From the human T2T-CHM13v2.0 reference genome, Homo sapiens, in NCBI RefSeq assembly GCF_009914755.1, contig NC_060928.1: 64,000 nucleotides of DNA, one strand, 5' to 3'. The first letter of the stretch is position 1, and the number at the start of each line of letters is the position of its first letter. Of this stretch, positions 29,768 through 44,880 are shown piece after piece. The position numbers and the translations under genes are program-made. The notes under the pieces are model-generated. The model was not told the origin of the DNA, did no database searches, and saw only the letters and a program-made list of their open reading frames with translations.

Positions 29768-30040
29768 GCTTCTTTTTCTTCCTTTCTTTCTCTCTTTCTT
29801 TCTTGCCTTCTTTCTTTCTTTCTTTTCTTTCTTTCTTTCTTTCTTTCTTTCCTTCCTTCTTTCCTTCCTTCCTTCTTTCTTCTTTCTTTCTTTTTCTTTC
29901 CTTTCTCTTTTCTTTTTCCTTCCTTCCTTTCTTTTTCTTTCTTTCTTTCCTTCCTTCTTCTTTCTTTTCTTTCTTTCCTTTCTTTCTCTTTTCTTTTTTC
30001 CTTTCTTTCTTTCTTTTCTTTCTTTTCTTTCCTTCCTTCA
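29768..30040. repeat. ~270-bp pure polypyrimidine tract (TTTC/TTCC)n
   Basis: Direct reading; this tract is the source of the K/E/R-rich and F/S/L-rich ORFs. Confidence 0.95.
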
Positions 30041-30747
30041 TTTTTGTCACTCAGCATTGATTTCCTCTTCATAACAATTCTAGAAATTTCCTGTGGAGTA
30101 ATATCCGTCACTCATTTTCAATCATTTGATTGGGGTAGAGTTCACCAGATGCACAGTAGTTGGTTCAATTGTGGGCACATTTAAATTAAACTATTTTGCA
30201 GTAACGATGGTACAGGCCAGTTCCAACATTTGAGAAACCACAGCTGTGAAACAGAATAAGAAAACCCAAGTTCAAGGCACATTACTTGAGCCTTGAACCA
30301 AACCATACCTGAAGTCAGATTGTCCCTGGATGCTTTGAGTTTGTGAAACTGAATTCCTTTTTTATGCTTACATTAATTTAGTTCAACTTTTCTTTCACTT
30401 CCATCTGAATTGTTCCTACTGTAAGTCATTTGTCTTTTTGTTTATGAGTGTATCACTCATTAGATGATAAACTCTTTGATAGCAGAGGCCATTTCTACCT
30501 GGCTCTTCTTTTTCAAGACCCAGGACAAGATAAAGTCTACAGCAAATTTTCAATAAGTAACAGAATAATCTCATTTTGTTTTGCTTGATGTAATAGTAAT
30601 AAAATGAACACAATGCACTTAATTCTACTGTTTAGTCATTTGCCGGAGTAACATTTATACATTTATGATTATAGTCAATGGAATGATCCCTCATCTTTAG
30701 CCAAATTGTCTGTAAAAACTTCAGAAGAATTTGAAATCTTGGAAGCA

Positions 30748-30786
30748 GTCTATAGGCATACCACCCTGAACATGCCAGATCTCATC
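30748..30786 (+). pseudogene. 3'-truncated, tailless 5S rRNA retropseudogene
   Basis: GTCTATAGGCATACCACCCTGAACATGCCAGATCTCATC aligns to 5S rRNA nt 1-39 (GTCTACGGCCATACCACCCTGAACGCGCCCGATCTCGTC); flanked by AAATCTTGGAAGCA/AAATTATGGAAGCA. Confidence 0.85.
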
Positions 30787-32364
30787 CCAAATTATGGAAG
30801 CAAAGTTGTGAGTTCGTGTGTATGTAAAAGAGAAATAATTTGTTTCTTTTCCATTTAAATATTAAATATGAGTAAGATTCAACACATATAAAGTGAGTCA
30901 GCCTGTTGTGTGAAGGATTAGGCTGGAGTGCCTGTGCCTGTCTCATTAGCAACTGCTCTGTACACTCCAGGGAGTTGAACAGTGGTGGAGTGCAGTTGGA
31001 GGGAATTCCAACAAAAGAAAAGGAAAGATTATTTGGCATTTTGTTTCACAAATTGGTCTGAAAGGATTAAATTAAATTTTTGCTGATTTACTGTTAACTC
31101 ACACCTTCTGCCATGTGCAAACTAAGGAAGATTTAGAGATCTTCTTTAGTAAAATCCCTTGTCATATGTGGCTTTCATTGTCAAATAATTCAGCTAAATG
31201 CAGGTGGAATGCAGGGACTGAGTCAATTGTTGAGGTCTTGTGAACATATAAGAGAAGAAAGGGAGAGTCTTTAGAGCCATCTATCAGAAACTTACTGGTC
31301 TGCAGACCACTGGAGAGTGGGTGCTCTCTGTCTGCTGCAGGATTTTGTTTGGCCTAGTCCCTTCTCAGGATGTTCTGCTGGCATCTGCCGCTGACATCTG
31401 GGGCTGATGAACATAAAATATAATTTTTCTCGACTCAGTCAGTGGTTCTGTCCTGACTCAGTTCTTGCTGTGTTGCCCATTCTCTGCCACTTTCTCCATC
31501 GGGATCCTTGGCCTAATCACTCCACTCTCTGTAGCCACATGGGAACCAGGAGAAACTTGGCAGATCGTTCCGGACCCTATTTATCTGTGGTCATTTTACT
31601 CCATTTCCAGTGTTACTGCTCCACCCAATGGACACACAAGGTCCTTTGCTCCAGTCTCTTCCAAGCGTCCCAAATGGAGAAGTGGACAAGAGCTCCTTGT
31701 CCTCAGCCTCCTTATCAAACTAAGTGACACCTCCCCTCCTCAATGCCAAACCCAGAAAAGAGAAATGAGACATATCTGAAAGCTTCCCTGCCTGGTATTT
31801 TCTCTATACTCCCCTAGGACTTGGAGTGTCCGCTTATTTCTTCCTGTCAGCCTAGAATTTCCCTCTGTCATCTAGTTCATAGAGCTGAAATTATGATTGG
31901 TAATTTCTTCTTCAGAAATGCTTCACATTCAAGTCTAATGACTTGTTGAAAAATCATATTTGTATTATCTTAATCTGAATATTGGTATTTGATTTTCCTC
32001 TTGCACTCGTACTCTAACTTTAATTAATTTGAAGTAGACAAGTACCTGGGGCTGACTAAGGAGAAGGTAATATTATTAAAATGCAAATGATAGCAGCCCT
32101 TTAAAACTTTGTTCAAATATGATTTCTATTACATGCACCAAACTACTGATTCCTTTCTATTTAAATTTATTATATTTATGATAGCATATCAACTATGTAA
32201 GAACTCAATACCCAAACCATATTACATGACCCTAGTTCAAGCCATTTTGTTTCTATTAATTTCTATCAGTTAAAGTATTACCCTTTGTCAAACAAGAAAA
32301 ACACATATTTTGATACTCTATGAAAATAATCTTTTGCTATAGCTTGTATAACAATAAAAAGCAA

Positions 32365-32668
32365 GGACAGGCATGGTGGTTCACTCCTGTAATCCTAGCA
32401 CTTTGGGAAGCTGAGATGGGCAGATTACCTGAGCCTAGGAGTTTGAGACCAGCCTAAGCAACATGGCAAAATCTCATCTCTACAAAAAAATCCAAAAATT
32501 AGCCCGGCATGGTGGCACATGCCTGTAGTCTCAGCTACTTAGGAGTCTGAGGTGGAAGGATCACTTGAGCCCAGTAGGTTGTAGTGAGCTGAGCGATCGA
32601 GCCATTGCACTCCAGCCTGGGTGAATGAGACCCCTATCTCAAAAAAACAAAAAACAAAAAACAAAAAA
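32365..32668 (+). mobile_element. AluJ
   Basis: Dimeric Alu with (A6C)n tail. Confidence 0.93.
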
Positions 32669-32922
32669 TGATGGTTCTTAAATTGCTTGTGACATTGAGT
32701 AGAATTTTTAATGAGTATATAATATTTTAAGTTAAAATAATTGAAATGCTAAGTGTAATATATTTAAGTGCCATTCAAATTAGTGATCAATTTACATTTA
32801 TTAATGTAAGTAGGGGGTGAGCATTCTTTCTCCCAATCTCTCCTTCCTTCTTTCATTCTTTTCTTTTTTTTGTCTTTCTCTCTCCCTTTTTTCTTTCTTG
32901 ATCCATTTTATTCTTTCTCCAG

Positions 32923-32990
32923 GGATTCCAGCATTTGTCCCAGCATGTTTTATGCAGAAAGAAGTGATCAAGGAAAGTGTCCAAGACATG
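32923..32990 (+). other. Candidate 68-nt spliced exon (probably non-coding)
   Basis: ~95-nt polypyrimidine tract ending TTCTTTCTCCAG|G, and donor ATG|GTAAGC. Confidence 0.4.
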
Positions 32991-34573
32991 GTAAGCCAAA
33001 TGTAGAATGAGGCAGTCATAGTGAGAGGATTGTCCACTCTGTTATGCATGATTGAGAGTCATATTTATTCCTAAACTACATTCTTTTATTATTACTGTTA
33101 ACTTTTCTCTGAAGTCCACATTATTTAAAATTTACTTACATGCTTTTCTTTCACAGTTAAATGCTCTTGCACTTAAGTTCCTGAAATAAAGCACTGCCTC
33201 CTTAAACAGAAATACTAATTTATTATAAATATGCATATTAAATCCTGAAAAAAGTATAGAATTCCGGTTACCATTAAAATAAAGGAGATAACTTGCCTGG
33301 CCATATGAAAATCTCTTGTCCAGAGGGCAGTAGCAAGGTCATAGCTATTTCATATTTTCTTATTGATATTACATACATCTTCTTTGAAGATGTTATCCAT
33401 TGTATAAAATTTCATTTCCATGTGTTTAAATTTTTTCCTTAATACATTTAATATAATTAATAAAGTTTAAACGAATATGTTTAATTTTTATAGGTCACGT
33501 TTTTTCTGAATTGAATTCTCTTTCTTTATAATGGTATTAAAATTTGATGAAATAAAACTGGTACAAAAATTGTGATACTAATCAATAGGTTCTCATAAGT
33601 TCTTGAACAACTGGAGATGAAAAATGTCATGTTTAAAAATGAAGAGTCAAAAACGACAAAAATATGGAAAACCTTGGGATTTTAATTTGTATTTTATTAA
33701 AGTTTAGATGACATTAATAACTTGAAATAGTTGGTTTTATAATTATATATATGCTATCTACAACCTAACTATTCATAATGAATGCATGTATTTTACATAT
33801 TTAATAATCTAAGATAAAATGTAGTAGTAATGACTGAAGTGTTCTTTATAACTAATAATGTAACACATTTTCTTTTTGTAGAGGAAGCAGTGAGATAGGA
33901 AGAAAATAAAATCAATAAATCAAAAATGGTAAAACAAATAATGCCAAAATGAAATCAAATATAGAATTTTCACACTGCTGTACAAATTTAAGACATAAAA
34001 CTACTTGTGCGTTTTTTCTGTTTCAGCACATGGAAATCCATGATTGGTTGATTACTTTTGTTTTTATCATTTTCCAATTTATAAAAACATTTATTAAGTA
34101 TTTTCCACAGAAAAAAAACAGTATGTGCTCTTTAAGTGTTGGTTAAGAAAATTCTCTTGGATAAAATAAATATTAACACTTTGGCATAAAATGTAAGTTG
34201 TGACCGTATTTTGCTCAAACTATCTCAGTATTTTCAAGTTATTGGAGGAATATTATAACTTCTAAATTTAATTTTTGTGAAAGTTAAGAGCAAATCCACA
34301 AGTGAATAGCGAATGATCTCTTGTTCTCAAGCCTCAAGAGCTTAGTCTGTAAAATTGTGTGCTGTGTTCTTTGAAGGCATTCTTCTTGATTCAATTTCTG
34401 GCTATTAGGCGCTTATTAGAGTAAAGCAGAATACTACTCCAGTCTTGTTTTCCACTAAGGAAATACTGTGTCTCATCTCTATGCCAGAAGTCAGTATACT
34501 TCCAGTCTAAGTGGGAATTTGCAGAGTTCTGGAATGCTTCTGTATTGTTAAGTTACATGGATAGATGGCTTGA

Positions 34574-35275
<702 letters not shown>

Positions 35276-38200
35276 TGAATGCCATAGGCTTATCATATAT
35301 ACCCCTCCCATACACACAGAGAGAGACACTGAATTAGGGAGCCAATTAGCAAACAGATACTTGGTAAGCAAGGCATCCTCTAGCAAACTCATGCAACTAA
35401 TACCTTTCTCTGCAAAATTTGAGCTCATGCTGTTCTGATGGTTAATATAATAAAAGAAATGATTGAGCTATAAGCATTGCAAAATCAGCTCAAAGAATCA
35501 AGTAATATGTAAGTTAGATTATGTCAAATCCCTGTTCAAAACCTTGTAGAAGCTTCCAATTTCACTCACAGTATAAACCAACACATTAAAATTGTCTTTT
35601 AAAGCCTGCATGGTGTACATCCCCTTCTCAGGAGCACTCACAGACAATGAAATCAGGTATTGACAGTGATGTTATTTTTATTTATTCTATTTTTAAGTAG
35701 TCTATTAACAGGAAGACATGATTTTTTAATATATTTAACATAAAAATATATTTTACTGATCTATTTATTATCCTCTACTAACCACTATATACTGATCATG
35801 ACGCTAATATATATGCATGCAAATATATATATATATCTGACACATAAAAGGTTGATTATGTTTATATAGTACCATTATGCATTGTGTCTTTAGTGTATAA
35901 ATTTATCCCAAAGAGTCTTATACTGAACTAAAATCTTAAGTAAACAAAAAGAAGCAAGAGCATATTTAATAATAAATAACATGCTATATTCATATGACAT
36001 GATTATATTGTCACTAAAAGTGCTTTCTATGCTCATTCATATTGGTGTAGAAAATGTTTATGATAAAAGTTTTAGTAAAAGCAACAGGATCAGTGACATA
36101 TGATTACGAGTAGGTAAAAACAAACAACCTTAGAACAGCAAAGCCAAAAATAAGAACAAACATAAATCAGGTATAGACAAGAGACTGGAAAAAGTAGGTC
36201 ACATTTTTATGATTTTTTTTTTTGGATAATGATTTTAAAAGTTTGAAAATGTTTCTGATCTAAATTTTATTTTATGGTCATATGTTATATTAATAATGGA
36301 AAAGTGATTAGATTATTTATTTAATTAAACACAGCTTGCATTGATGATTTGATTTAATTTATAATTGTACTTAGAGTAAGCAATTCATGCTTCCCAGATT
36401 ATTATATTATTTTATCTCCTTTAGGATAGACATGATTTTTAAATCATGATTAAATAATACATAATTTTAACGTAATTTACTTATATTCACATAATTTCTT
36501 ATTAACTTAAGTAGCTAATGTGGAGAATTATTCAACAACTCTTGAAATACATTTTCATAGATGTAATAATCTATATATTTAGTAAAAAATATGTGTAGAA
36601 GTTACAATTCTGCCCCCTTCCCTCATTAAACTAGTTTCCAGCATTTCTTTATAATGGAATAAAACAGATAAGGTAATATATGTTACCTTATATATTTGTT
36701 TATGTTTTCCTTTCATAAAATGAAATATTGTATGCTATGAAAAATTAATTTCAAACATTCATATTGTTATTAAATACATTTTTTACTTCTGGTTTTTAAT
36801 ATTATATATATTTATCTTAATGCTCTCATTTCTTTCTTAATATAATAAACCAACTTGCCTTGCTTCGCTTTCTCTCTTCTGCTTCTAATTGGCTTCATTT
36901 TTCTTTGTTTAACATCTATTTTTCTGCTTAGTTATGTCTCTGAGGGAATGCTTGTCAGATTCCTCTACAAAGGAAATATACTCCTGTGACGACCCAAATT
37001 GGAGGTCTGGACTGATTCTCTTTCAGCACATTTTTTTTTCCATCCTATTTGTCATATGGCATTTTGTAAAATACTTCCTATCCAGAGTTCTTCAAAAGGA
37101 CACATTTTATCTGTGGTAGAGAACAAAAGTTGTTTATTTTTTAGAAATATACATAAAGAACAAGTATTAAAAAGCATTTAATTTTGGTAGTGGATAGAAT
37201 CTGAGGTTTTTTTCTTTTGCAACACGTAACCTGGAAACATACCAGACAAGATGTTTGGGGAACATTAGTTGTAAGACTGTAACAAATCTTAAGATCAGAA
37301 AAAGGAAACATCCTTTGGTGTAGAGCTATGTCTATATTACAATATTTTTGCTTTTGATGCCTCTTCTTTCCATGTGGATGCACTCATTATCACCTCTAGT
37401 TTTTATCTGCCTTTGAAGGGAACTCTCTCGTTAAAGTACTCACAGAACTTCACAAAATAAACTAAATTACTGTGAATTCTCTAAGGAGAAAATGCATTTT
37501 TGAAATATCAATAAGAGGTTTGCTTAGCAAGATTACCTAATAGCTATAAAAGAAAGAGCATTTAACACCACCACCCATGGAAAACAGATCCATGGATTCT
37601 AAGCAAAACACTATATCACATATACTAATAATACAGGAAACTTGAAAAAATGTTCATAGAATAATGAAATAGAATTGTTTCCAGTTATTAAATCAATTAT
37701 AATATACTAATGTATGTTGTTTAATACTTTCAAATACAGATTCTTTAAGTGAAATTGTTCCATTATGTCTTTCAATTTCAGTGTTAAAGGTACAAATTAA
37801 GACTTAGTTTAACTCCACTTTATAAAAGAGGAAGGGAGATCGATTTTAGGCAGAGAGTGAATGTAGAAAACAAAGAGAGTAATTAAAAAAACAACTACTT
37901 TCAGTTCCAAGATTCAGTTAGGTTTTCAGAAAACATTAAAGATGAAGAAAGGGGTGGGGTTGAAAAACATAGGTTTACTTTTAACTGTAGTTTTGTTTAA
38001 AGTGCTAAGTTGCTGAGAAATCTCAAATAATAGATAGCAACTGCTGTTGTGGCATTTTATTGGGTGCAGGAATTTATGGTCAAAGTAAAATTTAAGGGCA
38101 TTTGGACAAGCACTATAATTATTATTGGTGTTTCTTTCATAATCTCCTACCACTGATTTTACAGCTAAATTGGAAGCATTATCTGAATTAGGTATGTGAT

Positions 38201-38684
38201 TAGCACCTTGCTGACCAACACATGAGAAGCTGCTGGATTGTTTCTTTCCTTCTTCCTAGTAATTGTTTCCCATTCTTCATTTTGCTATAACTTTAAATGA
38301 TAAAAATCACATTTTCAGGGTGGGGAGGGAAGGACCTCAAATTTAGAAAACCCCAAAAACTATGTGTCCGTGTGTGGTGGAATTGAGCGTAGGTGGTCTA
38401 AGGGGTCATTTGGCCTACCAAAAGGGTCAGTGGAAGAAAAATAGTGTGTGAACCATTAATTTTGCACTCGTTTACACAAGTGTAATTTTGTTTTGCTTGT
38501 TTATTGCCACTCTGATGACAGAAACAGTTCTTCCTTGTCTTAGCAGCAGGCTTCTGGTCCTCTTCCCTAAAAAATACTTTGTGGTAATGAACTTGATGAT
38601 TATGTTTAATAGAGCTGTCATTAATCTGATACTTTTAAGTATGGAATGACCTGTGACTATTTTGAAGTCTTCAAAGATTAACTC

Positions 38685-38738
38685 TAACAGATAGGTATTG
38701 TGGATTTAGTGTAACAGATAGGTATTGTGGATTTAGTG
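38685..38738. repeat. Perfect 27-bp tandem duplication
   Basis: TAACAGATAGGTATTGTGGATTTAGTG x2. Confidence 0.95.
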
Positions 38739-39664
38739 TTTACTTTTCCATAAAGGCATCCACTTAAATTTGAAGCAAATAATATGTTTCTGCAATCTAG
38801 AAATAAGTACTTTTGGAGAATAGGTTTTCAATAATAGAAGATTATTGGTTTAATATATATCTTTAAGATCTTTTATATGCATTTTATTCATTATCAGTGT
38901 TACAAGATCTTGGGTATTATTACCATACTATTTCAATTTGATAGCTATCTCCTACTGAGGTCTGTTTTAAAGAAATATAATTAGGTTAAATTGTCCTTCT
39001 GGCAAAGTAAGTTGGCAGAGTTTCTGCATAATGTTATTATTTTGTAATATAAATAAAGTTCAAAATGAATTGAGAAGATCTCTTTTTCACCCAATAAACG
39101 TCTTTCATTTAAAAGTTTCATTGAATGTTTATAATGTACCAATCACTATGCTGAGGATGGAACATCAGACATAAACAATCTCTAGACTCCTAAAGCTTAT
39201 AGTGTATTGGGAAGACTAGCATTGAACAAATAAAATCATTCCATAATATGAGTATGACATACTATGTTGAGAAAATAATTTAAAATGTTTAAAATTCTAA
39301 CAAAGATAATTCATCCCTAGAAGTTTCCTTGAAAATATTCATGTAATAGTTTAAGATGAATATGAAGTTTGAATAAATATTTCACTGTACCCCCCAAAAT
39401 GTGTTGTGAATACAAAAAAAATTACTTTTTAAAATATTTTATTTAATAATTGCTAAACAACTAGTTTAACACTCTTTACTTTCCTGATTTATTGATGGTT
39501 CTCAATCTTTTGGCCATCTAAATACACTTGAGGAATAAAATATATATATTTCTGGCAGTAAACTGCCTCAATTAGGTATGATCCTTAAAATATGGAAGGT
39601 TTATATCAGAATCGTATGTTGGTTTTGGAGTTGGCATAAGTAGGTTGAAAAAAAATCCCATTTC

Positions 39665-40062
<398 letters not shown>

Positions 40063-42738
40063 TAGTGACAGGCTCACAGGTTTAGAAATTCTTACATACA
40101 TGGTAGGGAGTTCAGATAATTCATAGCTAACTACAAGTAGTCTCTCAGTGGAGCTGACGTGACAGATACAGCAAGAACCTGATAAAATTAATAATACAGT
40201 ATGTGTAAATGACTACAAATATTTAATCACATAACATTTATTCTCTAGAAGTAATCACTACTGTTTACAGGATGAGAAAAAAGCACAATTTTTCCTGAAA
40301 TTAGACTTTTTTCCATTGAAAAAGTAATCACATGATATACCACTTATCTGACCCTTCAATTAGCTTTTAAAAAAATGAATATATACATATATATGTGTAT
40401 GTATAAAGGATCTTCAAACAATCTTAAATGTTTCTATTATTAATGAAAAGCCATAAGAGTTACTTTAAAAATCTCCAAAATTTTCTAAAACTCAGCCAAT
40501 ATCTTAACAACGCTGAAAAACATCCTTTAAAAATAAATAAGCTTTTGGAAACAGAATCTGTTGCTTGAAAGGCATAGTTTACTTTTTGGAAGGCAGATTT
40601 TCCAGCTCATGTGGAATTAAAAATTAGGTCACATACAAAAGTAGTTTCAATGTCATGCATAGTCCCTTACTGCCATGTACTCAGTTAATGTGGAAAGAAA
40701 GGGATCTATGGTAAAAGTGGGGAGGAAGTGAGGGAAGAGGGAAGAAATGGGATCCAAAATCTCTCTGTCACTGACAGAAATCCAGCAATAGCAGTGTTCT
40801 CACTCACATAAAGGCTGGAAGCCAGGCTGACCCCAAATGATTCTCACTGGAAAAGGATAGCTACTTGCAGTAGTAACTACTCATTGAGTTTAAAATGTTA
40901 AGCCTTACCCCTAGACATCTGCAATGATTGCACATACAGAGCAGCTGGAGGAAACTGACTGAGGATGTCACTGATAACAGAGGGAAAGAAGGGTGGGCAG
41001 AAGGCATCAAGGGGAACTAGGCTAATGCATAAGTGTATATGCCTACAACAAGCATTTCAGTATTACAGCCATCATCTGCCCATTTAGTTTTTTTCTTTTA
41101 TATTGCTATTCTTAATTGTTCTCAAAAATAGAAAAAACGAAATCGATTTCTGTGAAAATGAAAGCTGTGAATTCAACCTCCTACAGTCAAATAAAACAAA
41201 ATTACAGCTTCTTCCTCTATCCCAGCATTTCTTCTTTTTTTATTTTTATTTGTAAACCATTATTCTATTGCTATATACATTTTGTTAATGTGAAGAAAAG
41301 AGAATTACCCGTGATTTTTAAAGCAAAGTGTCTGTTTTACGTTTACCCTCCCAAGAGAGCCTCTATAATTTTATTTATATTAACTGAAATGACATTAAGT
41401 TTAGTCTGTTCAGACTGTTTTGCCCTCCCCACCTGTTGGATATGTTAATTCAATAGTCTCACTTCCCTTGTAACCACCATAATAATGCTGGGCACATGGC
41501 TTAGGGCACCAGAGTGCTATATTGCCTGTTTCACAGATAAGCATGTGACCTATGCTTAGCCAGTGTTACTGCTGTTCATTAAAAATAGTTCAGAATTGCC
41601 TATTTATTTCCTCAGAAGAGGGATACTAACCTTTAGTAACAACTTACATACAAATAAGCATAAGACTAGAGACTGAAACGAATTAAAATGTAAATTAAAA
41701 TGAAAAATCAGTTGATAGTAGAGAACTCGTTACTTCTCTGAGGACAGGCAGGAAATCATTAGGCTTATTTTGTTTTCATTAATTGTACCTTGAAAAGTAC
41801 ATGACTATGCAGAAATATGTTAAGATTTGTTTCAGGAAAATGTAATCATGTCACAATGTAGTCAATCATAAAAATCCATTGGTTCATTACTCTTAAAAGT
41901 CTTCCTATTCCTGAGAAAACTCCATTGATTATGTCTGGGAGTTCCCAAATGTCACACATATTGAAGAATCCATCATTTCCACTAAGTTAAAGTCATTCTG
42001 CAAGTCACTTTCATTGTCACTTTCATCACCAGTGAGGACACTAGGGCACTTTTAGCTGCTCAACAGAAATTCGTGGATTTCCATATTATAGCAGTTCTCC
42101 AGTGGTGGATACCCCTAACCCTGGAGAGGTAAAAGCAGTAACGCAGTCTATGGTGGACTGGATGTGAGGGAATGAACACTCTCTTTTGTGAGACAGCGAG
42201 GCTGATATTTTTTGATAAGGCATCAATGTATTTTAGAATTCTTAAGTTCAAGGAAATAGGACAGAAATTGATTTGAAAAATATGATCCTCTAGAATTAGC
42301 ATTTCTATTCATTTCCAATGATAAAGTTTTAGTTATTGAGTGAAACTCAGCATATCCAGTTTATTTTTCTTTTAACATGTGATAGCCTTCACAAAGCTCC
42401 TAGGCCACTCTGCCTATATTTTATTTAGTCTGTACATCTAAGGGGTTTTCAAAAGCAAGTTATTTTATTAAATGACTTAATTTCAAGTCAAATAATTTTA
42501 CAGTCACTTTAAGTTTTAGATTATATTTTATTTAATTTCAAATGTAACACATAATCATGGTAAACAAGAAAATTCAAACAATAAATGAATGCACACAAGG
42601 AAAACTAAGTTGTTTGTCCATGCCAGGATTACGAATTTCTCCTTCTTATGGAGGAAAACAAAACAAAACAAAAACTCAGTAATTTCTTGCCTATCCTTTT
42701 AGATAATGTCCATATTGAAACAAATACAAGAAGCTGTC

Positions 42739-43204
42739 TGCAGTGGGTTGAATGGTGACCCCCAACAAAAGATATTTCCATGACCTAATTTCCTGAAGCT
42801 GTGAGTGTTATCATATTTGGAAAAATGAATTTTGCAGGCATAATTAAATTAAGGATCTTACCTTGAGGAGATCATCCTGCACTGTTTGAGCCATAAATCC
42901 AGGGACAAGTGTATTTACAAGCTACACACAGAGGGCAAGATAGACACAGAAGAGAAGGAGATGTGACAATAGAGGCTGAGATTGGAATGATTTGACCACA
43001 AGCCAAAGAAGTTGGCGAACACCAGAAGGTAAAAGAGAGATGGAACGGATTATTCAATAGAGCCTGTAGAGGGAGCACAGACAGCCCTGCTGACCCCTTG
43101 ATTTCAAACTTCTGGCCTCCAGAGCTGTAAGAGTATAAATTTCTGTTGTTTTATACCATCAAGTTAGTGGTAATTTGTTACATCAGCCCTAAGAATTCAA
43201 TATA
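42739..43204 (+). mobile_element. MLT1C-like solo MaLR LTR
   Basis: TGCAGTGGGTTGAATGGTGACCCCC...TTCTGGCCTCCAGAGCTGTAAGAGTATAAATTTCTGTTGTTTT. Confidence 0.85.
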
Positions 43205-43445
43205 CTGGTCTTTCATTAAAATAGTAACACAGTATAGGCACTGATTTTTACTATTCATTTTGCACTTTGATTCCCTTGGATTTTTTTTCATGTCAACATA
43301 TATAAATGCACCAAATTTTATTAATCTCTTAAAAATATTTTATTATTTCTCTGTATCATAATTGATCTAACCAGTATTCTATTAATAAATATTTATAGTG
43401 TTTATTATTGATTGGTACCTATCTTAGTCCATTTACTATTGCTAT

Positions 43446-43874
43446 TGGCAACCGAAGATAACCAAAAAGGCCAGAATCTAGTTCGAAGAGGGTTTTTTCA
43501 TTTGAGAGGGTTGAAGATGGTCACATAAGAACATAGATTCAATTTGTCCTGAATATGTACGAGGATTAGCAGCAGTAATAAGTCAGTTTTTAAAGAAGAA
43601 AAGAGGCAGGTCCTAAACTTTTTATCAAGAATTTGAAGAAAAATAACATAAGCTATTAATTGGTTGTATATTGGTCTTTGTCTCACAAATTCCGGAAACA
43701 TGATGATGCTGGGTGAAGCAGGTAGGTGGGAAAAAAAGTCTTTAAAAAATTGCCCCTGGGTATGGGTGCCTGGCCATGACTGAAGTCCCATACTCAATTT
43801 CATGTCTCTCTGGGCCTGATAAATTTGGCTCCCTCACATAGTTAAGACAGCTCTGTACTATTTTTCTTTTCTCA
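43446..43874 (-). mobile_element. ERV1-class solo LTR (MER67-like; subfamily uncertain)
   Basis: Minus strand begins TGAGAAAAGAAAAATAG...AAATTTATCAGGCCCAGAGAGACATG...GTATGGGACTTCAGTCA and ends in CA. Confidence 0.65.
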
Positions 43875-44049
43875 CTGCAAGGGAATAGTTGAGGCTGGGT
43901 AAAGAGAGAATTGTGATAAAGCAAAACAATTTATCAGTGTATCAGTTTGTAAATAAATTGCTGTCTTGCTTGGTATGATTCAAGAAAATTCAAACTCATT
44001 ATGTTAAAAATTGAGATTTTATTTCTATTTAGTGATCTTATTGCTTTCT

Positions 44050-44880
44050 ATATCTCAGTTAAGAGAACCCCAAATTTTTCATGTAAACAGGTAGAATCTA
44101 AGTGATTCCTTCCACTGCTCTCATACCTCATATCAATTTGTCGTCAATTATTAGAGAATCCCAGCTATGTCTTAAATTTCCGGTTTTGCCTCTTCATCCT
44201 TATTTCCACTGAACTTTAGTTCAGATGCATATCATGTCTTATAAGGCCTGCTTCAAATCTCTCTCCTCTGGTCACTCACTTCTGCTCTTTTCATTACCTG
44301 TATTTCATTTTCCACATTTCCAAAAGAGCTGCCTGTCAACAAAATAAATCCGATTACCTCATTTCCCAGCTTCAGACCTCCCTTGGCTTTCTCTTGCCCA
44401 CAGGATTGAGTCAAGCCCTTCAGTCTTACTGTAGTCTACCCTCCCAGCCTCTTTGGCACCTGTTTGAACAATTTCTCAAGTCCAGTTACAGAATTTCCAT
44501 CATTCCCTGAGTACAGCACGTTTTGCCATGGCTTTATGCCATTTTTTGAGCTGTTCCTCTGCCTGAAAACCTTATCTCCTTCTTTACCTGAAGGCTCCAA
44601 TGATTTTTTTAAAGGCTGAACTTGTTGCATCCTCTTGGAGAATTACCTCATAATCCATGGCAGAGCAATTGGCTCCATCCTCAGTGTGCTGTGACCACAT
44701 TTTATTCTTACCTACATAGTGGCACTTCCCTTGCTTTATTATAATTTGTGTTTTTATTATAACACAATGTTATAATAAAACATTGTCTGTCTCCACTGGC
44801 TTTCATGTTTACGGTGAGCACAGAGCCTAGCCCATTACCTGACACATTTTAGTCACAATTTTGTGATTCTTGAATAAATA
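44050..44880 (+). mobile_element. L2 fragment
   Basis: Pyrimidine-rich L2-like body ending CAGAGCCTAGCCCATTACCTGACACA...TGAATAAAT. Confidence 0.6.

Noticed and set aside
29737-30111. K/E/R-rich and F/S/L-rich ORFs
   Set aside because: Translations of the (TTTC)n tract
31260-31760. GC-richer patches here and at about 8280-8560, 46630-47300, 54300-54750 and 59420-60180
   Set aside because: Probably old LTR relics, but I cannot assign a family or boundaries from the sequence alone
37541-37563. GCTATAAA(A)GAAAGAGCATTT shared with about 7122-7141
   Set aside because: A 14-nt exact A-rich match is expected by chance in 64 kb of AT-rich DNA
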